A DNA stretch of 64,000 bases. Source: an uncultured delta proteobacterium (lineage in GTDB: Bacteria > Myxococcota_A > Polyangia > Fen-1088). The stretch is taken from NCBI GenBank assembly GCA_963796685.1, contig CAWCMR010000009.1, positions 224,001-288,000 on the forward strand, in the 5' to 3' direction. A model generated the notes under the pieces. It had not been told where the DNA came from. It searched no databases and worked only from the letters and a program-made list of their open reading frames with translations. Of the stretch, positions 38,326 to 47,631 are shown piece by piece (positions within the stretch are counted from its first letter, which is position 1; every line of letters starts with the position of its first letter). Both the position numbers and the translations under genes were made by a program.

Positions 38326-39602
38326 TGTCTCTCCGATCCCTGGCCCCGTGCTGGACGTGCCTCGGCCTCGCACTCGGGCTTCTGCCCTCGTGCAAGAGCA
38401 CGCTTGATTCCGTCGGGTGCAACGAAAGAACCTTCCCCATCGACGGGGGCGCCGGCATCGACGGGGGAGCCGGACTTTCGTCCCTGCTCGGTCCTCCCTC
38501 TTATCCCAACGCCTTTCGCGACCTCCTCGGCAAGAGCCAGAGCGACATTACCAACAAGGTCAATGCGACGTTCAATCAGCTCTTTCACGGCGACTCGCTG
38601 ACCCAGGCGATCTACTACCCTGTCGGCAGCGACCAAGCCTACATCCGGGATGTCTACCACGGCGACATTCGCACCGAGGGAATCGGGCTCGGCATGATCA
38701 TCACCGTCGAGCTCGACAAGCGCGACGAATTCGATCGGCTTTGGCGCTACGTCAAAGCGAGCCAAGTTCCAAGCGGTCCCGACCAGGGCTACTTTCCCTC
38801 GTTCTGCTACAGCGGCGATGCGATCCCGTGCTACGACCCATTCGGGCTGCAGCAGATCACCACCGCGCTACTCCTGGCGCGCGGCCGCTGGCAAGACACC
38901 CCGGGCGACATCGACTACGGACAAGAAGCCCGCTCCTTGCTCGACCTCATCCGTTACAAGGAGGCCGACAACTGCGGCATCGTCCAGGACGTCACCGGGA
39001 CCTTCGACCCCAAGAGCGGCCTTCCGTACGACACCCCGACCACGGCTTCCGCCAACATCTCGCGTCCCTCCATCGCCATGCCGGCTTACTACGAGCTGTG
39101 GGGACAAGCCACGGGCGATCCTTTCTGGTCCAAAGCCACCGCTGCGGCCCGTGCCTATTGGCAGGCCTCGGCCAACACGAGCACGGGGCTCATGCCACAG
39201 AAAGCGACCTTCGACGGCACGCCGGTCGCAGGATGGAACACCTTCGAGCCCGAAGGCGATCGCGCCCTCATCGGCATGGCGCTCGATCGCGTCTGGTTCG
39301 GCAGCGAGCCATGGGTGGTGGACGAGAGCGACCTGCTGCTGCAATTCTTCGATGGGCAGGGCGTCACCACCTACGGATCGATCTATTCGCTGGACGGCTT
39401 GAGCGTGGTCGACCCGACGCACGATCCGTCTCTCGTGGCCGCGAACGGAGCGATTGCGCTGATTGCCAGCACCAGCAAACAAACCGAGTTCATCAACGCG
39501 GTCTGGAACATGGACCCGCCGATCGGACCGTACCGCTACTACATCGGGCTCATGGACATGCTTGCGCTCCTGATTCTCAGCGGGCAGATGCAGGTCTACT
39601 AG
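38325..39602 (+). CDS. GH8 glycoside hydrolase lipoprotein (Rex/oligoxylanase-like)
   Basis: DIRTEGIGLGM.I.V.LDKRDEFDRLW; ALLLA.GRW; PAYYELW; RYY.G...MLALL.LSG. Confidence 0.85.
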   Translation: MSLRSLAPCWTCLGLALGLLPSCKSTLDSVGCNERTFPIDGGAGIDGGAGLSSLLGPPSYPNAFRDLLGKSQSDITNKVNATFNQLFHGDSLTQAIYYPVGSDQAYIRDVYHGDIRTEGIGLGMIITVELDKRDEFDRLWRYVKASQVPSGPDQGYFPSFCYSGDAIPCYDPFGLQQITTALLLARGRWQDTPGDIDYGQEARSLLDLIRYKEADNCGIVQDVTGTFDPKSGLPYDTPTTASANISRPSIAMPAYYELWGQATGDPFWSKATAAARAYWQASANTSTGLMPQKATFDGTPVAGWNTFEPEGDRALIGMALDRVWFGSEPWVVDESDLLLQFFDGQGVTTYGSIYSLDGLSVVDPTHDPSLVAANGAIALIASTSKQTEFINAVWNMDPPIGPYRYYIGLMDMLALLILSGQMQVY

Positions 39603-39644
39603 ACGTTCCCCTTCGCGGCGATTCGTTGTTCGCCTCTCGGCGAG

Positions 39645-41288
39645 ATGGTAGTCAAGGTGATCATGGATGCCGCGCAAAGCTCGACGACGAGTCCACCTTC
39701 GGACGACGGTTCGTTTGCCTCGCGCTTGGTGGCCGTGGCAAAGGTTGGATTCCTCTTGTGGCTGCTCGCGGCCTGGCCGGTGTTGTTGGTCAAGCACTTG
39801 CCGCACGAGGATCTGCCGGGGCATATGGGCGCCGCCTACGTCACCGACCACCTTGCCGCCTATCCCGAATACGTCGCTGCTCACGGACTCCGCACCAACC
39901 TGGCGTTGCTCTCTTGGTTGCACGCCACTTCGCCTCGGCTCGGGTACGTGCAAGCCGCGCGCGTCTTCGTGATCGCGGTGCTGGCCATCACGGCCTTCGG
40001 CTATGCCTTCCTATTCAACGTGCTGCGGGGATCGCGGCGGATGTGGATCCCGTGCCTGTTCGCGATTCCGCTCGTGCACCACTGGTTCGTGTCGATGGGG
40101 ATGCTGAATTTCGCGCTCTCCTTCGCGCTGTGCCTGTGGATCCTCGGCCTGCTGGCGATGCAGCGGGTCCGCTGGGGGCACCTGCGGGCGGGTGGAATCG
40201 CCGTGCTTTGTGGGCTGGCCTGGCTGGCGCACAGCTTTCCACTGCTCGCGCTGGTCGCGATCGCGCTGGCCGATCTCGCCTATGCCCGCGCGCGCGACCG
40301 CGCTGCCGAGAGGCCCGCTTTGCGGGCACTGGGTTCGCTGCTCCCTGCCGCCATCCTCGTGGCGCTCGGGGCCGGGCTCGCGCCGGCAGTGGACGGCGCA
40401 GCCGCCCGCCTCGCCCCGTTCGCAAAGACCGAATGGATGGGGCTACCGCAGCTGCTCAAGATGGGGTTCCGCAACTTCGTCCTCGGCTCGAGCTATTGGG
40501 GACTGGCATCGCTCGTGCCCGCGCTGATTTTGCTGGTCGTGGTCGCCCTGCGCCGACGCCAGCAGGGTCCGCAGCTTCTGTCCAACGTGGCGCTGGCGGG
40601 ATTGACCGCAGGCTACGTCTGTACGCCGACCTTCATGCTTCCGACTTGGGGATACATCAACACCCGGTTCCTGCCCTTTCTCTGGCTCGCCCTGCTCGTG
40701 CGAGCGCCGGAGAAGCTGTCGCGCAAGTTGGCCGCGCTGCTGGTCTGCGCCGGAATCGCCGGTTCCGCAGGCAACGGCCTGGCGATGCTGAAGATGGACG
40801 GCGATCTGGCCGAGTTTTGCTCGGGCGTACCCTTCGTCGCACGGGGCGCCCGCCTCTTGCCGCTTCTGTTTTCCGTGCAGTCTCCGAGCGACAACATCGA
40901 ACCCATCCTGCACGCTTGGGGCTACTACGCCATCGAGCGCGGGACGAGCGCCGACCTGCTCTGGGCCTCGCGCAACGTGGACGCGGTCCAGTACCGGGTT
41001 TTGCCACCGCCGCGCTTCCACCATGACGTCATCCAGAACATGCCCCGCGAAATGGCCACGGCCAAAGAGTGGTGCGCGACGTTGTTGCGCGAGGCCGCGA
41101 CCGTGCCTGAGGACTGCGACCGCGCTTGGACCACGGAGTGGCAGAGCTATCTGACCAGCGCCGAGAAGCGCTACACCAGCGTCTTGGTCTGGGACGCGCC
41201 CAAGCCCGTGTTGGCGCTGATCGAGCAGCACTTCCGCATCGTGCACCAGCAAGGACGCCTGGTCATCGGGCAGCGCAAGGGGCCGTGA
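39645..41288 (+). CDS. Polytopic membrane protein, probable GT-C fold glycosyltransferase
   Basis: About 11-12 TMs; acidic DLPGH motif after TM1; GMLNF; INTRF; periplasmic C-terminal domain. Confidence 0.55.
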   Translation: MVVKVIMDAAQSSTTSPPSDDGSFASRLVAVAKVGFLLWLLAAWPVLLVKHLPHEDLPGHMGAAYVTDHLAAYPEYVAAHGLRTNLALLSWLHATSPRLGYVQAARVFVIAVLAITAFGYAFLFNVLRGSRRMWIPCLFAIPLVHHWFVSMGMLNFALSFALCLWILGLLAMQRVRWGHLRAGGIAVLCGLAWLAHSFPLLALVAIALADLAYARARDRAAERPALRALGSLLPAAILVALGAGLAPAVDGAAARLAPFAKTEWMGLPQLLKMGFRNFVLGSSYWGLASLVPALILLVVVALRRRQQGPQLLSNVALAGLTAGYVCTPTFMLPTWGYINTRFLPFLWLALLVRAPEKLSRKLAALLVCAGIAGSAGNGLAMLKMDGDLAEFCSGVPFVARGARLLPLLFSVQSPSDNIEPILHAWGYYAIERGTSADLLWASRNVDAVQYRVLPPPRFHHDVIQNMPREMATAKEWCATLLREAATVPEDCDRAWTTEWQSYLTSAEKRYTSVLVWDAPKPVLALIEQHFRIVHQQGRLVIGQRKGP

Positions 41289-41303
41289 GAGGCGGACACG
41301 CCC

Positions 41304-42869
41304 TCAGTCGGGCCCGCCCTTCGAAAAATAGAAGAAGCCATCGCTGCTCACGTAGTTCTTCTTCACGAACCTCAGGAATCTCGTTCCGAGGGCGATCAGG
41401 TTTTCGTCCAGGGCAATCAGTCTCGGTCGGATCTGCCCGCGCTCCAGAGCGTCCACGTAGGCATCCACCCGTTCTCGGGGAAGCATGTCGAGGATCTCTG
41501 CGTGAAGGAAGAAGTGGTAGAGGGCATGGGGGCGAAACACCCCTGTCCCTTCGATGCCGTCCATGACCACGTCCGTCGGCTGCGTGTGTTCGAAGACGTA
41601 GCGCAGCCTTGCGAGCTGCTCATCGTTTCGCGAGGCGAAGGATTCTCGCAGGTCGCCGAGCGGCACCAGGGCAAACGGGATCATGGCAAGAGCGAAGAGC
41701 CAAACCCGGGTACGCGCCGGTGCGAGCTCGACCAGGACGCAAAGCCCTTGGGCGGCAAACAGGCAGACGATGGGCAACAGCATCAGGTAGTACTGTCTGT
41801 GCGCGCCCGGGATGATGAGGATACCGACGATGAGCCCGAACAGGATGCACGACAAGAGAAGGCCCTCGTACCGACGCGGCTCGGAGCGGAAGAAGCGGTA
41901 CAGGGATACGGAAGCTCCCAACAGCCCCAGAACCAGGGCGGGCCAACTGGCGCCTATCAGTCTCAGGAGCTGCTCGTAGGAAACGTGCTTCCACTTGGAG
42001 TTGAGGAGGAAGTTGTTCGCGATGAATGCGCCGCCGCCATGATGGAGGGCAAACGCGGCCCAAGTCAGGGCGGGCGTAACGCATAGTCCCAAGAAGAAGA
42101 CCATGGTCGAAACCAGCCGGGAGCGAAGATGAGCCTTGCTCCGCGCCGACAGCATCCAGATGCCGAGCCCTGCCAGCAATCCCGGGAGCACGAAGAGCAT
42201 CTTCTGTGTGCACATGATGGAGGCTCCCAGGCAGAGCCCTCCGGCGAGAAGGAGACCACGGCCTCTCTTCTCCGAGGCCATGCTCGGGGCAAGCCCGCGC
42301 AGCAAAAACCAAAGACTGCCGAGGAAGATCGGAAGCGCGAGCACGTCGGGGCGAATCTCGACGGTCTTCTGAAAGAAGAAGGGCTGAACCACGAGCAACA
42401 GCCCAGCCCAGATCCCCACGCCCGGGAGCCCGCGCTCCGTGCCGCGATCTTCCAGCAGGCGTCCGATGAGGACGGTGAGGAGAACCGACAGGATCGCCAG
42501 CACCACCGATAGGCCACGGGCGAAAATCAGGAAGTGTCTCGCGCTTTCGAAGGACTGGTCGACGTGGAACCAATGGAAGAACGGACTCAGCATGTAGTGG
42601 TAAAAGGGAGTGTGATGCTCGAAGAAGTCCTTGTAGGGGATCATTCCCTTGAACACGCACCAGGCCGTGTGAGCATGCTCGAATTCATCGGGATCGAAGG
42701 TCCGATGCACGAGCACCGGGATGCGCGCCAGGAAGAAGCCGGCGATGGCGAGTATCACGACATAGGGGGAATAGGCGCGGGTGTGGCCGGCCTTCGCCCG
42801 GCGAAGCCCGCCTTGCGGGGGCTCGAGGACCTGCGTTTCGATCGGCCTCTTGTCGTCATCGTGCTGCAT
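41304..42869 (-). CDS. ArnT/PMT-like (GT-C) membrane glycosyltransferase
   Basis: DPDEFEH, PYKDFFEHHTP, EIRPD, TQK, QYY motifs; multiple TMs. Confidence 0.78.
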   Translation of the reverse strand: MQHDDDKRPIETQVLEPPQGGLRRAKAGHTRAYSPYVVILAIAGFFLARIPVLVHRTFDPDEFEHAHTAWCVFKGMIPYKDFFEHHTPFYHYMLSPFFHWFHVDQSFESARHFLIFARGLSVVLAILSVLLTVLIGRLLEDRGTERGLPGVGIWAGLLLVVQPFFFQKTVEIRPDVLALPIFLGSLWFLLRGLAPSMASEKRGRGLLLAGGLCLGASIMCTQKMLFVLPGLLAGLGIWMLSARSKAHLRSRLVSTMVFFLGLCVTPALTWAAFALHHGGGAFIANNFLLNSKWKHVSYEQLLRLIGASWPALVLGLLGASVSLYRFFRSEPRRYEGLLLSCILFGLIVGILIIPGAHRQYYLMLLPIVCLFAAQGLCVLVELAPARTRVWLFALAMIPFALVPLGDLRESFASRNDEQLARLRYVFEHTQPTDVVMDGIEGTGVFRPHALYHFFLHAEILDMLPRERVDAYVDALERGQIRPRLIALDENLIALGTRFLRFVKKNYVSSDGFFYFSKGGPD

Positions 42870-42976
42870 CTCGGAATGCCTGGTCGGCGAAGGCTATATC
42901 ACAGCTCCCCAGGCGCAGGTATCGGTCTGGCCCGTCCATCTTCCCCCTCGAGCGATCCATCGTGCCCGATGCCCGG

Positions 42977-44401
42977 ATGATGGACAGCACCGAAGGTTCC
43001 ACGACGCGCGCCCGCCCCGGCCCGCCGCGGCCCCTGCCCTTCCTGGGCGGCTGTGCGCTCGCGCTCTTGGCCGCCTCGGCGGCCACCTGGGCGCGCTTCC
43101 TCGCCGAGGGAAGCTTGCGTCTGGTGCCGAACACGCGGGCCAACTTGCTGGCACAAGGAATGGTCGGAGTGGCGCTGCTCTGGGTGGGCCTCGCGGCGCT
43201 GCGCCGGCTGGAACGGACGGAACAACACAGCGTGACCGGTCTCGTGCGTGCGAGCCTCATTCTGCAGCTGTGCGCGCTGCCTGCTCTGGCCCTGACATCC
43301 AGCGATATCTTTTCCTACCTGGCCTATGGGGCACTCTCGGCCCTGGGCAAGAATCCCTGCCTGCTCGGCCCTTCCGCCTTGGGCCAGGGTCCCGTGCTCG
43401 CCTTGGTCTCTCCGCGCTGGGCAGATGCCCCGAGCTCCTACGGGCCGATCTTGAACCTGCTGGGCTGGTTGGTCGGGGAGATCGGCCGCCTTGTCGGCTC
43501 CCCCGTCTGGGGCGCCGGCGCGGCTTACAAATTGCTGGCGGCCGCCGCGACGGCGGGCGCGATCGTTTGCGCGGCCAAGACCGCGCGTGCTCTCGGCACG
43601 CGGGTCGCGGCGCAAGGACTGGCCGCGATCGCGCTCTCGCCTTTGCTTGCCTGGGAGCTGACCGCTCAGGGGCACAACGACGCGGTCATGGTGTGCGCCC
43701 TGTGTGCATTTGCGTGGGCAGCGGCACGCGGCAAAGACGGCCTGGGCGCCCTCGCGCTCGGCGTCGGGGTCCTCGCCAAGGCGGGTATCGCGCCGCTGCT
43801 CCTTCTGTGGCTCGTGGTCATGTGGCGCCGCTCCCCGCGGCGCGCGCTCGGGTGGGCCGCGGCCCTCGCCCTATTCGCCATGCTGGCGTGGGCGCCGTTC
43901 TGGGCCGGTTGGGAAACCCTGCGCGGCGTCGGCGCCACCGCCGGAGGCAATCTCGAGCGCCACACCAATTCGCTGCAGGACTTGCTCAACCTCCTCTTGA
44001 CGCCCGTGTGGCCTGCCGTGAAAGTACCGCTCTTCCGCTCGTTTCAGATCGCCTCGTTCGCGGTGCTGGGAGTCGGCACGTTGTGGGCCGCGCTCAAGGT
44101 GCGCGACGCCGCAGGGCTGGCGCACGCCGGGATTGCGATCCTGCTCGGCTACTTCTTGACGACACCCTGGTTCGAGCCATGGTATGCGACCTGGCTGCTG
44201 CCGCTGTGCCTGCTCGAACGCGACCCGCGCTGGCAACGGCTGGTCGCAAGGTACGCCGTGCTCTCCGTGGTGCAGTATGCGCTGCCGCTCGATCCCTACA
44301 CCACCGTCCTCGGCAACCTCTGGATCGCGCATCGAGGGTGGAAACTCTGGCGCGGCGCCAGCGGATCGGTACCCGAGCAATGCGCCGTGGCATCGCGCTG
44401 A
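42977..44401 (+). CDS. MptA/B-like (GT87/DUF2029) polyprenol-phosphosugar-dependent glycosyltransferase
   Basis: SSDIFSYLAYG, NP, SSYGP, GHND, K, PWY..W motifs. Confidence 0.78.
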   Translation: MMDSTEGSTTRARPGPPRPLPFLGGCALALLAASAATWARFLAEGSLRLVPNTRANLLAQGMVGVALLWVGLAALRRLERTEQHSVTGLVRASLILQLCALPALALTSSDIFSYLAYGALSALGKNPCLLGPSALGQGPVLALVSPRWADAPSSYGPILNLLGWLVGEIGRLVGSPVWGAGAAYKLLAAAATAGAIVCAAKTARALGTRVAAQGLAAIALSPLLAWELTAQGHNDAVMVCALCAFAWAAARGKDGLGALALGVGVLAKAGIAPLLLLWLVVMWRRSPRRALGWAAALALFAMLAWAPFWAGWETLRGVGATAGGNLERHTNSLQDLLNLLLTPVWPAVKVPLFRSFQIASFAVLGVGTLWAALKVRDAAGLAHAGIAILLGYFLTTPWFEPWYATWLLPLCLLERDPRWQRLVARYAVLSVVQYALPLDPYTTVLGNLWIAHRGWKLWRGASGSVPEQCAVASR

Positions 44402-44492
44402 AGACCCCCGTCTTTCCCCGATTGACACAAGCTCTCACACCTCAGGGCTTGACCGGCACACGGCGCTAAGATATTGAGCCAGTTACGGCACT

Positions 44493-45650
44493 ATGCGCCC
44501 TCTTCGCGTCGGTATCGTAGCCGAAAGCTACTTCCCCAGCCTTGGAGGCATTCAGGAGCACATACGCCATCTGCGTAACCTTTTGCACCGACAGGGCGTG
44601 GAGGTCACGATTCTAACCGGACGCATGGCGCTTTCGGGCATGCCTGGACCCGAGGACGCCGAGGAGGGCGTGATTCGCGTCGGTCGCGCGCGCAGCTTTC
44701 GCACCGGGGGGACCTTCACCCAAGCGACCATCGGGCCCCTGGCGGCGTTCAACTTCCACCGCGCCCTGCGCAAGGGACAGTTCGATCTACTCAACATCCA
44801 CGGACCCTGCGACTTCGGGTTGGCCTTCTGGGGGCTCTCGTTGTTCCGCGGACCCAAGGTGCTCACCCTGCACTCGTGTTTTCCCGATGCGCGATGGCGG
44901 CACAGGATCGCGGCCTACTACCGCTGGGTCTTTCGTCGAGCCTCCGCCGTCATCGCGGTCTCCGAGGCGACGGCACAATCGATGTGTCGTTATGCCGCCT
45001 TCCAATCGACGGTCATCCCGAATGGCATCGACGTGGCCTATTGGCGGGCCGGCCCGAGCCCCCAATACCTTCGGCCCGGAACGCGCAACCTCGTCTATCT
45101 CGGGAGGCTCGAAGATCGCAACGGGCCGGATGTGGCGCTCGAGGCCTTCGAAAGAATCGCGCCCTCGTTCCCGGACCTGCGGCTGCTCATGGCGGGCGAC
45201 GGCCCCATGAGGACCGACTTGCAGGCAAGGGTGCCGCCTTGCCTGCGCGGGCGGGTCGAGTTCCTTGGCGCGGTCTACGACCAGCGCCCGGAGCTGCTCG
45301 CCTCGTCCTCGGTGTTCCTGCTGCCGGCGCGGGCCGTGGGCTTCTCGATCATGGTGCTGGAGGCCTTCGCCGCGGGCTTGCCCGTGGTGGCGCTTCCCGC
45401 GCTCGGGACCGATCGCGCGGGCGAGCATTGGTCGAACGTGATCCTGGCCAAGGACAACAGCGCCGCGGCGTTCGCCCACGCCGTGACGGACACCCTGCAA
45501 AGAGATCAGGGCGAGCGCATCGCGCGCGGGCGAGCCCTTGCCGAAGCCTTCGACTGGGCGAGGATCGGTGGCAGGATTCTCGATGTCTTCCAGAGCGTCG
45601 CCAGGCCGCCTGCCCAGTTGCCGGGTTGCCACCCGAAGGCCGCCGCGTAG
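44493..45650 (+). CDS. GT4 glycosyltransferase (PimA-like)
   Basis: GGIQEH, IAVS, IPNGID, LGRLEDRNG, GFSIMVLEAFAAG.PVV. Confidence 0.9.
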   Translation: MRPLRVGIVAESYFPSLGGIQEHIRHLRNLLHRQGVEVTILTGRMALSGMPGPEDAEEGVIRVGRARSFRTGGTFTQATIGPLAAFNFHRALRKGQFDLLNIHGPCDFGLAFWGLSLFRGPKVLTLHSCFPDARWRHRIAAYYRWVFRRASAVIAVSEATAQSMCRYAAFQSTVIPNGIDVAYWRAGPSPQYLRPGTRNLVYLGRLEDRNGPDVALEAFERIAPSFPDLRLLMAGDGPMRTDLQARVPPCLRGRVEFLGAVYDQRPELLASSSVFLLPARAVGFSIMVLEAFAAGLPVVALPALGTDRAGEHWSNVILAKDNSAAAFAHAVTDTLQRDQGERIARGRALAEAFDWARIGGRILDVFQSVARPPAQLPGCHPKAAA

Positions 45651-45652
45651 CC

Positions 45653-46444
45653 ATGGGGGCCAAAGCCCGGGCGTGGATGAACCGCGGGCTCGTGATTCTG
45701 GCGATCCTCGCGGGCACCTGCCTGCTCCTCTGGCTGCCGGCCGTTCCCCCGTGGGGAAAGCTCGCGATCTTGACGATGGCGGCCCTGATCGGTGCGAAGA
45801 TCGCGTGGCGTGAAATCCCGGCCTTCGATCCGCTCGGCCGCGTTCACTGGCGTCTTCCGAGGCGACCGGAACGCACCTGTGCCATCACCTTCGACGACGG
45901 ACCGAGCGCGAACACCGCACGCGTGGTCGAGATTCTCGGACGCCACCAGGTCAAGGCGACGTTCTTCGTGCTGGCTGCGAACGCCCGTCGCCACCCCGAT
46001 GTGCTGCGCAGGGTGGCCGAACAGGGCCACACCGTGGCCATTCACGGGGTCACGCACAGGAAGATCCACCGCGATAGCGAGCCAGACGTCGAGCGCGAGC
46101 TGTCGACCGCCATCGAAGAATTGTCATCCCTGGGGGTGCCGCCCGCCCGTCTCTACCGCCCGCCCCACGGCCTCAAGAGCACAGCCGCCCTGCGGGTCGC
46201 ACGCAGGCTGGGCTGCCGAGTCTGGGCGTGGAGCCGCGGCGTCTGGGACACCGACCGTCCCGATCCCGAGGTCCTGGTGAGACGAGCGACGCGCCTTGCG
46301 TGCTCGCGCATGGTGCTGCTGCTGCACGATGGCCGCGGCGACGAAGAGCATCCCGACATCGAGCCCATGCTGGCGGCCTTGCCGCGCATCCTCGAGCGAC
46401 TGCGCGCCGATGGGTTCACCTTCCGAACATTGGATCACCCGTGA
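45653..46444 (+). CDS. Membrane-anchored polysaccharide deacetylase (NodB/CE4)
   Basis: TFDDGP, ATFFV, H...H, YRPPHG, LLHDG; two N-terminal TMs. Confidence 0.9.
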   Translation: MGAKARAWMNRGLVILAILAGTCLLLWLPAVPPWGKLAILTMAALIGAKIAWREIPAFDPLGRVHWRLPRRPERTCAITFDDGPSANTARVVEILGRHQVKATFFVLAANARRHPDVLRRVAEQGHTVAIHGVTHRKIHRDSEPDVERELSTAIEELSSLGVPPARLYRPPHGLKSTAALRVARRLGCRVWAWSRGVWDTDRPDPEVLVRRATRLACSRMVLLLHDGRGDEEHPDIEPMLAALPRILERLRADGFTFRTLDHP

Positions 46445-47346
46445 ATCGTCCACGCTGGAAGATCGCGCTGCGCTTCCTGCCGCTTTGCTTTCTGGCCGCG
46501 GTGATGTGGCGAGAGAAGCCATGGATGGTGCGGTTTTCGGCCAGCGCTCCGTGGGCCGTGGTGGCCACGATTCTTCTCAACTTCGCCGTGTACCTGCCCG
46601 TGAAGGCTTTGCGCTGGCGCGTGTCCCTGACCCTACCGCCGCCCTTTCGCCAAGTCTTCGCCGCGACCCTCGAGGGCCTCCTGGCCAATGCCGCCATCGG
46701 ATTCGGCAGCGGCGATCTGGTTCGCTCGGCAAGGTTGCGAGGGCAGCGGCAGCAAGAGAAAGGCCAGCTCGCCGTCGACTATGCGTGCTCGTGGGCAGAG
46801 CGCGGCGCCGAGGTGTTGGCGCTCGCCCTCCTCATTTTCGCCACCGCGCTCCTAGCAAAGCTTGGAACCTTGGCCCTGGCCCTGTCGGGCCTGGTCGTGG
46901 CGGCCTACGTCGCCGTGCTCGGTGCCGGCCGTTTCCTCGTGCCGCGACTCCGCCGCTGGCCGCGCATTCAGCGACCGCTGTCGTCGGGATTGCAGGCATC
47001 CACGCCGCGTAGGGTGACGGCCATGGCTGCCCTATCCCTGCTTGGGTGGGGGAGCGAGATGGTGATGCTGGTGCTGTTTCAGGGCGCCTTCCACCTCGAG
47101 CCCAGCTTTCGGACGGCCCTGCTGACCCTGGTGGGCATCAACGCCGCCATCGTCATCCCGACCTTGCCCGGAAATTTCGGGACCTTCGAAGCCGGCGCCA
47201 TCATGGCCCTGGTCATGTGCAAAGCACCCCATGACACCGCTGTCCTCTATGCCCTGACCTACCACCTGACCCACGTGATCCCGGTCGCGCTCGTGGCCAC
47301 GACGGTTTACCTCGTCCGCTCCCGCGCGCCGGAGCGCCAAGGGTGA
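46441..47346 (+). CDS. Lysylphosphatidylglycerol-synthase-TM/UPF0104 flippase-like membrane protein
   Basis: KALRW, GDLVRS, ER, PTLPGNFGTFEAG. Confidence 0.82.
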   Translation: MNRPRWKIALRFLPLCFLAAVMWREKPWMVRFSASAPWAVVATILLNFAVYLPVKALRWRVSLTLPPPFRQVFAATLEGLLANAAIGFGSGDLVRSARLRGQRQQEKGQLAVDYACSWAERGAEVLALALLIFATALLAKLGTLALALSGLVVAAYVAVLGAGRFLVPRLRRWPRIQRPLSSGLQASTPRRVTAMAALSLLGWGSEMVMLVLFQGAFHLEPSFRTALLTLVGINAAIVIPTLPGNFGTFEAGAIMALVMCKAPHDTAVLYALTYHLTHVIPVALVATTVYLVRSRAPERQG

Positions 47347-47631
47347 GCTACCGTAGTCCTGCATTGGCCGCAAAAGGTCGTGGCCGTGGCCGTGGCCGTG
47401 GCCGTGGCTGTGGTCGTGGTCGTGGCCGTGGTCGTGGTCGTGGTCTGGCCGTGGTCGTGGCCGTGGTCGGCCTGATCTTCCTCGGCCAGGACCACGGCCA
47501 CGGTAAGCCGTCTACGTCCACGACCACCAGTCCTCGTTCCCATTGGATGCACGCACCCGTCGTGGAAAGGCATCTCTTTCTGCTGCCTTCCGCAACGTTG
47601 CTGCGCTTGTCGCGGAATCGGGGTGAGCTAC
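47341..47631 (-). mobile_element. MITE-like insertion (copy B of the repeat) flanked by an 11-bp direct repeat
   Basis: GGGTGAGCTAC at 47341-47351 and 47621-47631; internal (CGTGGC/CGTGGT)n array; homologous to 35658-35824. Confidence 0.7.

Noticed and set aside
47376-47470. Hexamer array as a CRISPR, or as an RG-repeat protein (ORF 47343..48179)
   Set aside because: No repeat-spacer structure and no cas genes; the ORF is a by-product of the repeat and runs antisense to a glycosyltransferase.
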